From Sulfurospirillum sp. (GTDB taxonomy: Bacteria > Campylobacterota > Campylobacteria > Campylobacterales > Sulfurospirillaceae), in contig JASFYR010000005.1 in assembly GCA_045047115.1 (NCBI GenBank), positions 45,660-109,659 of the forward strand: a stretch of 64,000 nt of DNA. Direction: 5' to 3'. How positions within the stretch are numbered: the stretch's first letter is position 1; each line of letters opens with the position of its first letter. Of the stretch, positions 30,500 to 42,805 are shown piece by piece. A model generated the notes under the pieces. That model worked only from the letters and a program-made list of their open reading frames with translations. It searched no databases and had not been told where the DNA came from. A program made the translations under genes and the position numbers.

Positions 30500-31021
30500 A
30501 TGAAAAAAATATTATATATATCACTTTTAATTCTTCCTGTTTTTATGTTTGGGGCAGGTGGTGAAGAGGCAAATAAAGGTACTGATATAATTCCAAGAAC
30601 AGTGAACTTTCTTATTTTTGCCGGAATCTTATACTATTTGGCAGCGAACCAAATAAAAGAGTTTTTTGTCAACAGAAGAGCTTCTATCGCAGAGAGATTG
30701 AACTCTATACAAGAAAAACTGAAAAACTCAGCTAGGCAAAAAGCAGAAGCAAAAGAGTTGATAGAAAAAGCTAAAATTGAAGCAAAGACAATTATGGAAA
30801 CTTCAAAAGAGGAAACACAAATTTTAAAAGCAAAGATATTTGAAAACCTGGAGTTAGATATGGAAAACCTGGAAAAAGGTTATGAAGATCAAACCTCAAT
30901 AGAGAGAAGGAAGATGACCAGGGCTGCAATCTTAGAAATCTTGGATGATGTATTTGAAAAAGGCTCCTTATCTTTAGAAAAAGACGAGTTGCTAAATATT
31001 GTTATGAAAAAGGTTGCATAA
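30500..31021 (+). CDS. atpF: F0F1 ATP synthase subunit b
   Basis: TDIIPRTVNFLIF; coiled coil. Confidence 0.92.
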   Translation: MKKILYISLLILPVFMFGAGGEEANKGTDIIPRTVNFLIFAGILYYLAANQIKEFFVNRRASIAERLNSIQEKLKNSARQKAEAKELIEKAKIEAKTIMETSKEETQILKAKIFENLELDMENLEKGYEDQTSIERRKMTRAAILEILDDVFEKGSLSLEKDELLNIVMKKVA

Positions 31022-31552
31022 ATGAGTAATCAAATAGCAAGAAAATATGTCAAAGCACTAATGAAAAGTTTTGATGACAAGGAACTAAAAGAGATTTTTT
31101 TATCTTTAGAAGAGTTGTCCTCGGCTTGTAAAATTGACAAATTTAACAATATCATTGAATCTCCGGACATGGATAGCAAGAAAAGAGAGGAGTTTGTGCT
31201 CTCTTTAAACAAAAACAGTAATGCAAAGTTTGTAAATTTCCTAAAACTTTTAAGTCAAAACAATCGTTTGGATTTGATGCCGGAGATTTGTAATGAGTTA
31301 AAATATCAAGAAGCTCTTAAAAACAACCGTTTTAACGGTGTGATTATGAGTGATTTTGAAATTACACAAGATAAGATATCAGCACTTGAAGAGAGTTTTA
31401 GCAAAAAATTTAATTCTCATATAAAATTGACAAAATCAGATGTAGAGTATCCGGGTGTAAAAGTCAAAATAGATGATTTAGGTTTAGAAGTAAGCTTTTC
31501 GCTAGAGCGATTAAAAGCACAAATGTCTGAGTACATTTTAAAAGCAATATAA
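31022..31552 (+). CDS. atpH: F0F1 ATP synthase subunit delta
   Basis: IARKYVKAL, NFLKLL..NNRL; operon position. Confidence 0.92.
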   Translation: MSNQIARKYVKALMKSFDDKELKEIFLSLEELSSACKIDKFNNIIESPDMDSKKREEFVLSLNKNSNAKFVNFLKLLSQNNRLDLMPEICNELKYQEALKNNRFNGVIMSDFEITQDKISALEESFSKKFNSHIKLTKSDVEYPGVKVKIDDLGLEVSFSLERLKAQMSEYILKAI

Positions 31553-31576
31553 ATAAAAGAAGTTAAGGAGTAATTT

Positions 31577-33094
31577 GTGGGAGCAAAAATGAAAGCCGAT
31601 GAGATTAGTTCAATTATTAAAGAGCGTATCGAAAATTTTGAATTAAATGTAGATGTTGAAGAGACAGGAAAAGTTATCTCTATCGCAGATGGTGTTGCAA
31701 ATGTCTATGGTCTTAAAAATGTTATGGCCGGCGAGATGGTCGAGTTTGAAAATGGTGAAAGAGCAATTGCACTAAACCTTGAAGAGTCAAGTGTTGGTGT
31801 TGTTATCATGGGTAATGCAGCTGATATTAAAGAGGGAACATCTGTGAAAAGATTAGGTAAGCTTCTGAGTGTTCCTGTTGGCGACGCTGTTATCGGTCGT
31901 GTTGTGAATCCTCTGGGTGATCCGATAGACGGAAAAGGTCCTATAGAGGCAAGTGAAACTAGATTTGTTGAAGAAAAAGCCCCAGGAATTATGGCTAGAA
32001 AATCAGTTCATGAGCCACTTCAAACCGGTATAAAAGCTATTGATGCTCTAGTTCCGATTGGACGTGGTCAAAGAGAACTTATCATTGGTGACAGACAAAC
32101 AGGTAAGACGACAGTTGCGCTTGATACTATCATAAACCAAAGAGGGCAAGATGTTATCTGTATATATGTTGCTATTGGACAAAAACAATCAACCATAGCT
32201 CAGGTTGTGAAAAAACTAGAAGAGCACGGAGCTATGGAATACACTATCATAGTTGCTGCCGGAGCTGCTGATTCTGCAACACTTCAATATCTTGCACCAT
32301 ATGCTGGTGTGACAATGGGCGAGTATTTCAGGGACAGCTCAAGACATGCTTTGATTATTTATGATGACTTAAGTAAACATGCAGTTGCTTATCGTGAAAT
32401 GTCACTGATTCTTCGCCGTCCTCCTGGTCGTGAAGCGTATCCTGGTGATGTTTTTTACCTTCATTCAAGACTACTTGAGAGAGCTGCAAAATTAAATGAT
32501 GATTTAGGAGCGGGGAGCTTGACTGCTTTACCTATAATTGAGACTCAAGCAGGTGATGTTTCTGCATATATTCCAACAAATGTTATATCTATCACAGATG
32601 GTCAAATTTTTCTCGAAACTGATCTGTTTAACTCAGGTATCAGACCGGCCATCAATGTCGGACTTTCAGTTTCTCGTGTTGGTGGAGCCGCTCAAATTAA
32701 GGCTACTAAGCAGGTTGCGGGAACATTGCGACTTGATCTTGCGCAATATCGTGAACTTCAGGCTTTTGCACAATTTGCAAGTGATTTGGATGAGTCAAGC
32801 AGAAGACAGCTTGAGCGAGGTCAAAGAATGGTCGAGATACTTAAGCAACCTCCATATTCTCCACTTCCTGTTGAAAACGAAGTAGTTGCCATATACGCAG
32901 GAGCGAAAGGCTTTTTGGATGATATAGATGCAAAAGATGTTACAAAATTTGAAGCAGATCTGTTTCCTTTTATCGAGGCTAAGTATCCTCAGATATTAGA
33001 ACAAATCAGAAGCAAAAAAGTTTTAGACAAAGATATAGAAGAATTATTAAACAAAGCACTTAGTGAGTTTAAAGCAACATTTGTTGTTAAGTAA
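31577..33094 (+). CDS. atpA: F0F1 ATP synthase subunit alpha
   Basis: [32 protein letters not shown]. Confidence 0.99.
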   Translation: MGAKMKADEISSIIKERIENFELNVDVEETGKVISIADGVANVYGLKNVMAGEMVEFENGERAIALNLEESSVGVVIMGNAADIKEGTSVKRLGKLLSVPVGDAVIGRVVNPLGDPIDGKGPIEASETRFVEEKAPGIMARKSVHEPLQTGIKAIDALVPIGRGQRELIIGDRQTGKTTVALDTIINQRGQDVICIYVAIGQKQSTIAQVVKKLEEHGAMEYTIIVAAGAADSATLQYLAPYAGVTMGEYFRDSSRHALIIYDDLSKHAVAYREMSLILRRPPGREAYPGDVFYLHSRLLERAAKLNDDLGAGSLTALPIIETQAGDVSAYIPTNVISITDGQIFLETDLFNSGIRPAINVGLSVSRVGGAAQIKATKQVAGTLRLDLAQYRELQAFAQFASDLDESSRRQLERGQRMVEILKQPPYSPLPVENEVVAIYAGAKGFLDDIDAKDVTKFEADLFPFIEAKYPQILEQIRSKKVLDKDIEELLNKALSEFKATFVVK

Positions 33095-33103
33095 GGATAA
33101 GCT

Positions 33104-35426
<2,323 letters not shown>

Positions 35427-35446
35427 GCTTTATATAAGGTAAAATT

Positions 35447-35842
35447 ATGGAAACATTGAGATTAGAGATAGTCACACCTGATGGTCAGATATTTGCAAAC
35501 AATGTAAAAAGCGTAACGCTTCCGGGAAGTGAGGGTGAATTTGGAGTTCTCCCTCATCATGCTTCCCTGGTTTCTTTGCTTAAAACAGGTGTGATTGATA
35601 TAGAGCTGGCAAATGGCGAACATGAAGTTGTAGCGATTGATTGGGGACATGCTGAAGTTGATGAAGAGAAAGTGACAATTCTAGCCGATGGAGCTGTTGC
35701 AATAGTTGGTGAGAATGATAGTGAGATAGCAAAATCCATAGACAGAGCCAAAAAACTTATAGAGAGTATGAGTGATTCTGATATAGCTATAGCAATGGCT
35801 GAATCAAAGATTGATGCTATTTTGAAGCATAAAAAATACTAA
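35447..35842 (+). CDS. atpC: F0F1 ATP synthase subunit epsilon
   Basis: LEIVTPDG, GEFGVLPHH. Confidence 0.96.
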   Translation: METLRLEIVTPDGQIFANNVKSVTLPGSEGEFGVLPHHASLVSLLKTGVIDIELANGEHEVVAIDWGHAEVDEEKVTILADGAVAIVGENDSEIAKSIDRAKKLIESMSDSDIAIAMAESKIDAILKHKKY

Positions 35843-35844
35843 TT

Positions 35845-36438
35845 ATGTCAGCAGTTGATTTACTTATAAACTATATATCTAGAAGTAGCTATATCACAAT
35901 ATTTGTTTTGATATGGCTCTCTTTTTATTTTATTACAACTTTTGGTGTTTTAATTGGAAGGTATTTTTATCTTACTTCTTGGTTGAAAATAGAAAGAAAT
36001 TCACTTGAATCAATGCTGATGGGGGCAAAAAATGTCAGGGATGATTCAGTATTAAAAAAATGTACCAGCAGGGTAAAAATATCAATAAATCTACTGAATG
36101 TCTGCAAAAGTGTAGCAGAAAAAAATGCTACAAACGGATTGTGGATACTTTCCATGATTGCTTCTACATCCCCGTTTATTGGACTGTTTGGTACAGTTGT
36201 GTCTATATTGGATACATTCAGCGGTTTGGGTCAAAGTGGTAGTGCTTCACTCGGTGTGATAGCTCCTGCTATAAGTGAGGCGTTAATTGCAACGGCTGCT
36301 GGTATATTTGTGGCAATTCCTGCATATAGTGTGCATCTGTTTTTAAAGAGGAAGGCTTATGAAGTTGTTGTAAGTGTTCAAAGAGAGATTGATTTGCTAC
36401 TTAGCCATGATGAAAAACTTTCAAAAGATACAGACTAA
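35845..36438 (+). CDS. tolQ: MotA/TolQ/ExbB proton channel protein (TolQ by context)
   Basis: IASTSPFIGLFGTV, IAPAISEALIATAAG; upstream of tolB-pal. Confidence 0.88.
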   Translation: MSAVDLLINYISRSSYITIFVLIWLSFYFITTFGVLIGRYFYLTSWLKIERNSLESMLMGAKNVRDDSVLKKCTSRVKISINLLNVCKSVAEKNATNGLWILSMIASTSPFIGLFGTVVSILDTFSGLGQSGSASLGVIAPAISEALIATAAGIFVAIPAYSVHLFLKRKAYEVVVSVQREIDLLLSHDEKLSKDTD

Positions 36439-36441
36439 ACT

Positions 36442-36831
36442 ATGAATGAATGGAATGATACTCCTGAATTAAATATTACACCTTTAGTTGATATTATGCT
36501 TGTATTGTTGGCTATCTTAATGGTCACAACCCCAGCTATGGTCTATCAAGAAAAAATTGTTTTACCCGATGGCTCAAAGTCAGCAGTAGTAAAAAAAATA
36601 CCTGAACTAGAAATCCGCATAAGTAAAGATGGAAAAGTTCATATAAAAAAAGATACATTTATGCTTAGCGAGTTTCCTGATAATTTCACAATGATTAAAA
36701 AAAGATACAATGCAAATACACAAGTCTATATAAAAGCAGACGAGTCTTTGAAATATAAAGATGTCATGTATGTGCTAAAAAGTGTAAAAGAAGCAGGCTT
36801 CACAAAAGTATCATTAGAAACAAATGGATAA
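36442..36831 (+). CDS. tolR: TolR/ExbD family protein
   Basis: ELNITPLVDIMLVLLAILMVTTP. Confidence 0.88.
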   Translation: MNEWNDTPELNITPLVDIMLVLLAILMVTTPAMVYQEKIVLPDGSKSAVVKKIPELEIRISKDGKVHIKKDTFMLSEFPDNFTMIKKRYNANTQVYIKADESLKYKDVMYVLKSVKEAGFTKVSLETNG

Positions 36832-36834
36832 AAG

Positions 36835-37590
36835 ATGCCCAAAAGGAAGCATTATAATTCAATAGGTTTTGCACTTGCTTTTCTTTTATATCTACTGGTT
36901 ATTCTCTCACTTGCATTTTATCTTCAAGACAAAATTAGAAAAAATGTTGATTATACTATTAAAAAAAATAGCATACTAGACATCACGCTTGTTGAAAAAA
37001 AACCAAAAAAAACCATCCGGCATAAAAAAAAGATTGTTAGAAAAATTGTGAAGAAAAAGATAGTCTCATCCAAACCAAAACCAAAAACCGTAGCTAAAAA
37101 AATACAAAAAAAGATCTCTCTGAAGGGAATGTTTAAAAAAATTGATACTAAAAAAATCATAGAGCCAAAACAAGAAGCAGCTGTTCAGAGTAGAAAAAAA
37201 AGAGTTGTGCTAAAAGAAAATATTCAAGTGCCTGTAAAAAAAGAACTTGCCAAAAAATTGGTAGAAACGCTGAGTTTTGAAAAAAGACAAAATTTAAACT
37301 CAAGCAAAAGCGGAGTTTATGATAAATTTAGAGGAGAAATTCAAAAAATACTCTATGAAAATTGGCAAAATACTATTGATACTATCTCGGGAAGCAAGGC
37401 AACAGTAGAAATTTATATAGACAAAAACGGAACTTTTAGTTATAAAATAGTAAAACTTTCATATAATGATGAATTCAATTCAAAATTGATTGATTTCTTG
37501 GAAGAGATGAGAAATAAAGAGTTTCCTCCTTTTAGAGAAGGCGGGATATTTAAACTACAAGTTGAATTTAAGGATATAAGAGATGGTTAA
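36835..37590 (+). CDS. tolA: TolA/TonB C-terminal domain protein
   Basis: N-terminal TM, Lys-rich linker, TonB_2-like C-terminus; lies between tolR and tolB. Confidence 0.75.
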   Translation: MPKRKHYNSIGFALAFLLYLLVILSLAFYLQDKIRKNVDYTIKKNSILDITLVEKKPKKTIRHKKKIVRKIVKKKIVSSKPKPKTVAKKIQKKISLKGMFKKIDTKKIIEPKQEAAVQSRKKRVVLKENIQVPVKKELAKKLVETLSFEKRQNLNSSKSGVYDKFRGEIQKILYENWQNTIDTISGSKATVEIYIDKNGTFSYKIVKLSYNDEFNSKLIDFLEEMRNKEFPPFREGGIFKLQVEFKDIRDG

Positions 37591-38851
37591 AAAACTATTG
37601 TTATTATTGTTTTTCACATATTCGCTATTTGCGTATGATGCTACGGTTGAGATTGTTAAAAAGTTAGATACATTGCCCAAGATTGCTGTGCAAGATGCAA
37701 GTGATTCAAGTGAAGATATAACTCTTAGAAAAAAGTTTTTTAAAATTTTAGTCGGTGATTTGAGAGTAAGTGCACATTTTAGACCATTGGATGATTATCT
37801 GCAAAGCTCTTATGACGGAAATATAGGTGATAATTTTTTAAGTAAAAAAAATGTGGATTTAATTTTAAGATTTAGACTGCAATCAGTACAAAACAGACTT
37901 ATTGCAAATGTAAAACTGATTAATGCCAGTAGCGGTGAAGTTAAAAAAGAGACAAATTATAAAATGCAAAATCTAAGAAGATTTCCATTCTTAGCTCATA
38001 GAATTATCGTGAGCACTAATGATTTGATAGGAGCACCTCCGATAAATTGGATGGAGCAATTTGTAATTTTTTCAAAATACACAGGTAAAAGAGAGTCTGA
38101 AATAGTTGTCTCGGACTATACTTTGAGTTTTCAAAAAACTGTGGTTAAGGGTGGGTTGAATATATTCCCAAAATGGGCAGATACGCTTCAGGATGCATTT
38201 TATTATACATCATATAATGGATATCTTCCGACTCTTTACAGAGTAGATTTGGTAAATGGCGAAAGAAGAAAGATACTTTCTGCCAAAGGCATGTTAGTTT
38301 GCTCGGATGTTTCAAAAGACGGTGATAAACTCCTGCTAACAATGGCTCCAAATGATCAAGCTGATATATATCTTTATAATCTAAGATATAAACAATTAGA
38401 TAGAATTACCAAGTATCCCGGAATTGATGTAAATGGAAATTTTATAGACAATGATAAAAAGATTATATTTATATCTGATAGGTTGGGATATCCAAATATA
38501 TTTTCTAAAACTATAGGTTCAAGTGGAGTAGAGCAGATGGTGTACCATGGTAAAAACAACAATTCTGTTTCCGCACTTGACAACTATATAGTATATTCCA
38601 GTAGAGAAAAACAGAGTGAGTTTGGAGGCAATGTGTTTAATCTGTATTTGATTTCTACGAAGACAGATTATATAAGGCAGTTGACTGCAAATGGCAAAAA
38701 TCTATATCCAAGATTTGCAAAAGATAAAGACACAATTTTATTTATCAAGCATTTTAAAAATCAGAGTTCTTTGGGGGTAATTAGACTAAATGCAAATAAA
38801 AGTTTTTTATTTCCGCTCAAAGTAGGTAAAATCCAATCAATTGATTGGTAA
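37583..38851 (+). CDS. tolB: Tol-Pal system beta-propeller protein TolB
   Basis: Signal peptide; PD40-like repeats (FPKW, SDVSKDG, FISDRLGYPNIF); ends QSIDW. Confidence 0.92.
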   Translation: MVKKLLLLLFFTYSLFAYDATVEIVKKLDTLPKIAVQDASDSSEDITLRKKFFKILVGDLRVSAHFRPLDDYLQSSYDGNIGDNFLSKKNVDLILRFRLQSVQNRLIANVKLINASSGEVKKETNYKMQNLRRFPFLAHRIIVSTNDLIGAPPINWMEQFVIFSKYTGKRESEIVVSDYTLSFQKTVVKGGLNIFPKWADTLQDAFYYTSYNGYLPTLYRVDLVNGERRKILSAKGMLVCSDVSKDGDKLLLTMAPNDQADIYLYNLRYKQLDRITKYPGIDVNGNFIDNDKKIIFISDRLGYPNIFSKTIGSSGVEQMVYHGKNNNSVSALDNYIVYSSREKQSEFGGNVFNLYLISTKTDYIRQLTANGKNLYPRFAKDKDTILFIKHFKNQSSLGVIRLNANKSFLFPLKVGKIQSIDW

Positions 38852-38864
38852 TTTTGAAAAAATA

Positions 38865-38873
38865 TGATAAAAT
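38865..38873 (+). promoter_or_regulatory. Extended -10 promoter for pal
   Basis: TGATAAAAT upstream of pal. Confidence 0.5.
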
Positions 38874-38905
38874 AACGTGAAATATAAATCAATAAGGTGG
38901 TAATG

Positions 38906-39490
38906 ATGAAGAAATTAGTTTTAGTGAGCATGAGCGTAGCAGTTTTACTGTTTACGGGATGTAGCCAAAAGAACCCTGCTGTTGATATGACAACAAAAAA
39001 TAAAAAAATAGAAAAAGTAAACAATGCAAATACAAATGCATCAAACACAAACAGTATGAATTCCAACAATATGGATACAAACAATTTGGGTCAAAATACT
39101 ATGTCTCAAAATGGTCAAAATGCTGTAAAATATTTAATTGCAAATCTAGAAAGTCAGCTGAGACCTATCAATTTTGATTTTGACAAGTATAATATAAGAG
39201 AAGATATGAAGCCAGTTGTCGTAAATAGTGCAACTATCTTGGACGGAGACAAAGCCCAGAAGCTTTCTGTTAAACTAGAGGGAAATTGTGATGAATGGGG
39301 AACTGACGAATACAACTATGCGCTTGGTCTAAAGCGTGCAAAAAGCGTAAAAGATGCCCTAAGTGCTCAAGGAGTTGCAACAGATAGAATGATGATTATA
39401 AGTTATGGCGAAAGCAATCCTGTCTGTACAGCCCAAACAAAAGCATGTTGGGCAAAAAACAGAAGAGTCGATTTTAAATTACTACCGTAA
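38906..39490 (+). CDS. pal: Peptidoglycan-associated lipoprotein Pal (OmpA family)
   Basis: Lipobox LFTGC; INFDFDKY; EGNCDEWGTDEYNYALGLKRA; NRR. Start may be 38897-38906. Confidence 0.94.
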   Translation: MKKLVLVSMSVAVLLFTGCSQKNPAVDMTTKNKKIEKVNNANTNASNTNSMNSNNMDTNNLGQNTMSQNGQNAVKYLIANLESQLRPINFDFDKYNIREDMKPVVVNSATILDGDKAQKLSVKLEGNCDEWGTDEYNYALGLKRAKSVKDALSAQGVATDRMMIISYGESNPVCTAQTKACWAKNRRVDFKLLP

Positions 39491-39500
39491 AAATATAAAA

Positions 39501-39525
39501 AGCCATGTGTTTAAGATGCATGGCT
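39501..39525 (+). terminator. Stem-loop after pal
   Basis: AGCCATGTGTT-TAA-GATGCATGGCT. Confidence 0.55.
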
Positions 39526-39567
39526 ACTCCTTCGATTTTAGACTGACTTCATTTTTTTCTAAAGGGG

Positions 39568-40491
39568 ATGATTGTGAATAAATTATTAGCTTTTTTTCTT
39601 ATATTACCAATGATGTTGTTTTGCGCAGAACCTTCAGTATATGGAGCTGGAAATTTAGACAGTAATAACCCATATGGACTGAGTCCAAGTGAGAAAAAAA
39701 TAGTTCAAAATACAAAAACACTAAAATCCCTTGAAAAACAGTTTAAAATGTTGCAGTTTAAATATGCTAATCTGCAAGAAAAACTTGATGGCACCAGATC
39801 GGTAACACAGGCTATCAGTGATAAGATTGGAAAGATAGACAGTAAAATCCGTGAAGTAAATATTAGAGACAGCAATAAAAGCGATACAATTCAGAGCTTA
39901 AGAGGTGATCTAGAAGCACTCAAACAACAGTTTAATGATAATTTAACTGCACAAAATACAAACCAAGAAAAAATTAAAAGCGTTTTAACAGAATTGAGTT
40001 CACTTATAGACTCTATAAATTCCAACTATATCTCTAAAGAAGATTTTAGTAAATTTGTTTCCGCACAAAATCATTTTAAGGAAAAAATCAATCAACAAAT
40101 AAGCAGTATAAAAAAACAAAATCTTAAAAAGATATTATCAGGCAAAAGTGGTGCCGAGCTTCTCAAAGAAGCCAAAGGTTTTTTCTCTAAGAAGCAATAC
40201 AACAAAGCAAAAATAAGATATGAAAAATTAGTAAGAATGAGATACAAACCCGCTAGAAGTAACTTTAAATTAGGAGAAATTGCTTACTATAAAAAGAGAT
40301 ACAAAACGGCGATAAATTTTTATAAAAAAAGCATCGCTCTATACGAAAATGCGTCTTACACACCCACACTTCTGTATCATACAGGCATATCGCTGAGTAA
40401 GCTAAAGAAAAACAAAGAAGCATCTAAATTTTTTAAAGTACTTAAAACAAACTATCCAAAATCCAAAGAAGCCAAAAGTCTTACAAAATAA
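39568..40491 (+). CDS. cpoB: Tol-Pal associated TPR protein (CpoB/YbgF-like)
   Basis: Signal peptide, EPSVYGAG, coiled coil, C-terminal TPRs ending YPKSKEAK; follows pal. Confidence 0.8.
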   Translation: MIVNKLLAFFLILPMMLFCAEPSVYGAGNLDSNNPYGLSPSEKKIVQNTKTLKSLEKQFKMLQFKYANLQEKLDGTRSVTQAISDKIGKIDSKIREVNIRDSNKSDTIQSLRGDLEALKQQFNDNLTAQNTNQEKIKSVLTELSSLIDSINSNYISKEDFSKFVSAQNHFKEKINQQISSIKKQNLKKILSGKSGAELLKEAKGFFSKKQYNKAKIRYEKLVRMRYKPARSNFKLGEIAYYKKRYKTAINFYKKSIALYENASYTPTLLYHTGISLSKLKKNKEASKFFKVLKTNYPKSKEAKSLTK

Positions 40492-40524
40492 TTTTTATCT
40501 CTAAGGGACTATAAAAAGAAATTA

Positions 40525-40533
40525 TGCTACAAT
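40525..40533 (+). promoter_or_regulatory. Extended -10 promoter for slyD
   Basis: TGCTACAAT followed by SD AAGGAG. Confidence 0.55.
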
Positions 40534-40559
40534 CCTATCTTTTAAGCTAAGGAGATTTT

Positions 40560-41105
40560 ATGGCTATAGATGAAAACCAAGTTGTTTCTATTCAATATGA
40601 ATTAAGAGATGTTGACAACGGTGAGATATTGGATTCCAATATTGAAGCTGCTCCACTCTCTTTTATCGTAGGAAAAGGACAGATAATTCCTGGTTTAGAA
40701 GATGAAATAAAAAAGTTATCTCTAAATGACAGTGAAGAGGTTAGAGTTTCTGCTAAAGATGCATATGGTGAATATGATGAAAAAGCGGTACAAACATTAC
40801 CAAAAGAGCAATTTGCCGGACTTGAACTAAAAGAGGGAATGACTCTTTACGGACAAGGTGAAGATGGTGGAACGGTTCAGGTAACTGTAAAAAGTTTTGA
40901 TGATGAAAATGTAAATGTTGACTTCAACCACCCGTTGGCTGGAAAAGATTTACTTTTTGCTCTTAGTGTTGTTGAAGTCAGAGATGCAACTGCACAAGAG
41001 TTGATTCAGGGCTATGTTGGCGCTCCTGAGGGTGGCGGTTGTGGATGTGGTACAGGTGACAGTTGTCACACAGCAGAAGACGATTCACATTCATGCTCTT
41101 GCTAA
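40560..41105 (+). CDS. slyD: FKBP-type peptidyl-prolyl isomerase SlyD
   Basis: GKGQIIPGLE, AYGE, DFNHPLAGKDL; Cys/His-rich metal-binding tail. Confidence 0.95.
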   Translation: MAIDENQVVSIQYELRDVDNGEILDSNIEAAPLSFIVGKGQIIPGLEDEIKKLSLNDSEEVRVSAKDAYGEYDEKAVQTLPKEQFAGLELKEGMTLYGQGEDGGTVQVTVKSFDDENVNVDFNHPLAGKDLLFALSVVEVRDATAQELIQGYVGAPEGGGCGCGTGDSCHTAEDDSHSCSC

Positions 41106-41120
41106 AAAAGCGTTAATATT

Positions 41121-41885
41121 GTGGCAAAAAACTGCTACATCGCAAAATCTAGGGTTTCACTTGAAGCCCTAAAATCAGCTAATCTATTAAAAAGTTTAAG
41201 TCTAAATGTTATCATTATCGGAGAAGTTGGCGTAGGAAAAAAAAGCCTCGCTAGGTATATATATGAAGATGCATTTGAGGTTGATGCCTCATCTTTGGAA
41301 AAATTAGTTAAAGCAATAGAATCAAATGAAAGATTGATAATTAAAAATTTTGATCAGATAAATAATTTTGATAAAGTTAAAAACTTGTTGAGCAAAAATA
41401 AAAACAGATTTATTGCTACTTCACAAAAAGAATTAAGCACTAAAGTAGAAGACAGTTTTTTTAGCTTAAAGATGTTTATTCCTCCTTTAAGAGAAAGAAG
41501 TGCAGATGTAGTAGCTCTAAGTGAATTTTTTTTGAGTGAAGTTAAAGAAATTTTTGGTGATTTATCTATTGATTTAAACCTAAAAGAAACAGATTTGGAT
41601 TTGAGCCAAAATTGTTACTCTTTAAAAAAATCTATATATAAAGCTTATTTTAAAAGTTTGCTTTCAAAAGATGATATGATGAAAATATTGGAAGATATTT
41701 TATATAAAGAGATAGGTACAGGAAATGATTATAGGGAGTTTTTATATCTTTTTGATATACCTCTTATAAAGAGTGGTTTTAAAAAATTTGGCTCACAACT
41801 CTCTATGAGCAAAGCTTTTGGCTTGAATAGAAATACTTTGAGAAAAAAGATAAATGAATATGGATTAGAGGAGAATAAAAGATGA
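41121..41885 (+). CDS. Degenerate AAA+ (NtrC-like) protein with Fis-type HTH
   Basis: GEVGVGKKSLARYI, IPPLRER, LGLNRNTL-like HTH (FGLNRNTLRKKI); no GAFTGA. Confidence 0.8.
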   Translation: MAKNCYIAKSRVSLEALKSANLLKSLSLNVIIIGEVGVGKKSLARYIYEDAFEVDASSLEKLVKAIESNERLIIKNFDQINNFDKVKNLLSKNKNRFIATSQKELSTKVEDSFFSLKMFIPPLRERSADVVALSEFFLSEVKEIFGDLSIDLNLKETDLDLSQNCYSLKKSIYKAYFKSLLSKDDMMKILEDILYKEIGTGNDYREFLYLFDIPLIKSGFKKFGSQLSMSKAFGLNRNTLRKKINEYGLEENKR

Positions 41886-42805
41886 AATATGTAGCAATAT
41901 TTCCCGGTCAGGGAAGTCAAAAAATAGGCATGGGCAGAGATTTTTTTGATAATTCTAAAATTGCAAGAGAGATGGTAGAAAAAGCTGGCAATAGGCTTGG
42001 TTTTGATTTTAAAGAGATACTTTTTGAAAAAAATGACAAGTTAGAACTTACGCAATTTGCTCAGCCTTCTATTTTGCTTGTTAGCATTATAGCATATAAA
42101 CTTTTTGCAAAAGAGGCTACTCTAAAGCCTGAATTTTTTTTAGGGCATTCTTTGGGTGAATTTTCAGCCATATGTTCGAGTGGAGCATTGAATTATCTTG
42201 ATGCAATAGAGTTGGTTTATAACAGAGGTCTATTTATGGCCAAGGCTTGCGAAGATAAAGATGCCGGTATGATGGTGCTTCTGGGTCTTAGTGATGAAAA
42301 AACCAAAGAGATTGTGAAAAATGCACAAAATGATGGTAAGCAGATTTGGGTAGCAAATTACAATTGTGATGGGCAGATTGTAGTTGCCGGAGATAAAAAA
42401 GATTTAATCAGTATGGAGGGTGAGTTTAAAGGTGCAGGCGCAAAAAGAGCTATGCTCTTAAATATGTCGGTGGCTAGTCATTGCCCGATATTGCAAAGTG
42501 CTCAAGGTAAATTGAGTGTTTATTTGCAAAAATTTATAGATACTGATTTTGCAGCACCTATCATTTCAAATGTGACAGCAGAGCCTTACAATACAAAGGA
42601 GGATGCAATAAAACTCTTAAATGCTCAGTTGGTAAGCCCTGTTTTATATAAACAATCCATAAAAAATATCGAAAGCAAAACCGATAAATTTATAGAATTT
42701 GGTGGAAGTGTATTAAAGGGAATCAATAAAAAAATAACAAAAAAAGATACAATCTCCATAACAGATATGGAATCACTGCAAAAGGCTGTATTGGAGTTTA
42801 GATGA
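41882..42805 (+). CDS. fabD: Malonyl CoA-ACP transacylase
   Basis: FPGQGSQ, GHSLGEF, ANYN, VASHC. Confidence 0.96.
   Translation: MKYVAIFPGQGSQKIGMGRDFFDNSKIAREMVEKAGNRLGFDFKEILFEKNDKLELTQFAQPSILLVSIIAYKLFAKEATLKPEFFLGHSLGEFSAICSSGALNYLDAIELVYNRGLFMAKACEDKDAGMMVLLGLSDEKTKEIVKNAQNDGKQIWVANYNCDGQIVVAGDKKDLISMEGEFKGAGAKRAMLLNMSVASHCPILQSAQGKLSVYLQKFIDTDFAAPIISNVTAEPYNTKEDAIKLLNAQLVSPVLYKQSIKNIESKTDKFIEFGGSVLKGINKKITKKDTISITDMESLQKAVLEFR

Noticed and set aside
38872..38885. parS site near parAB (ACGTGAAA half site)
   Set aside because: Only a half match to TGTTTCACGTGAAACA. No full palindrome was spotted by eye.
41030..41105. Cys/His-rich SlyD tail as a novelty
   Set aside because: A known metal-binding feature of SlyD proteins.
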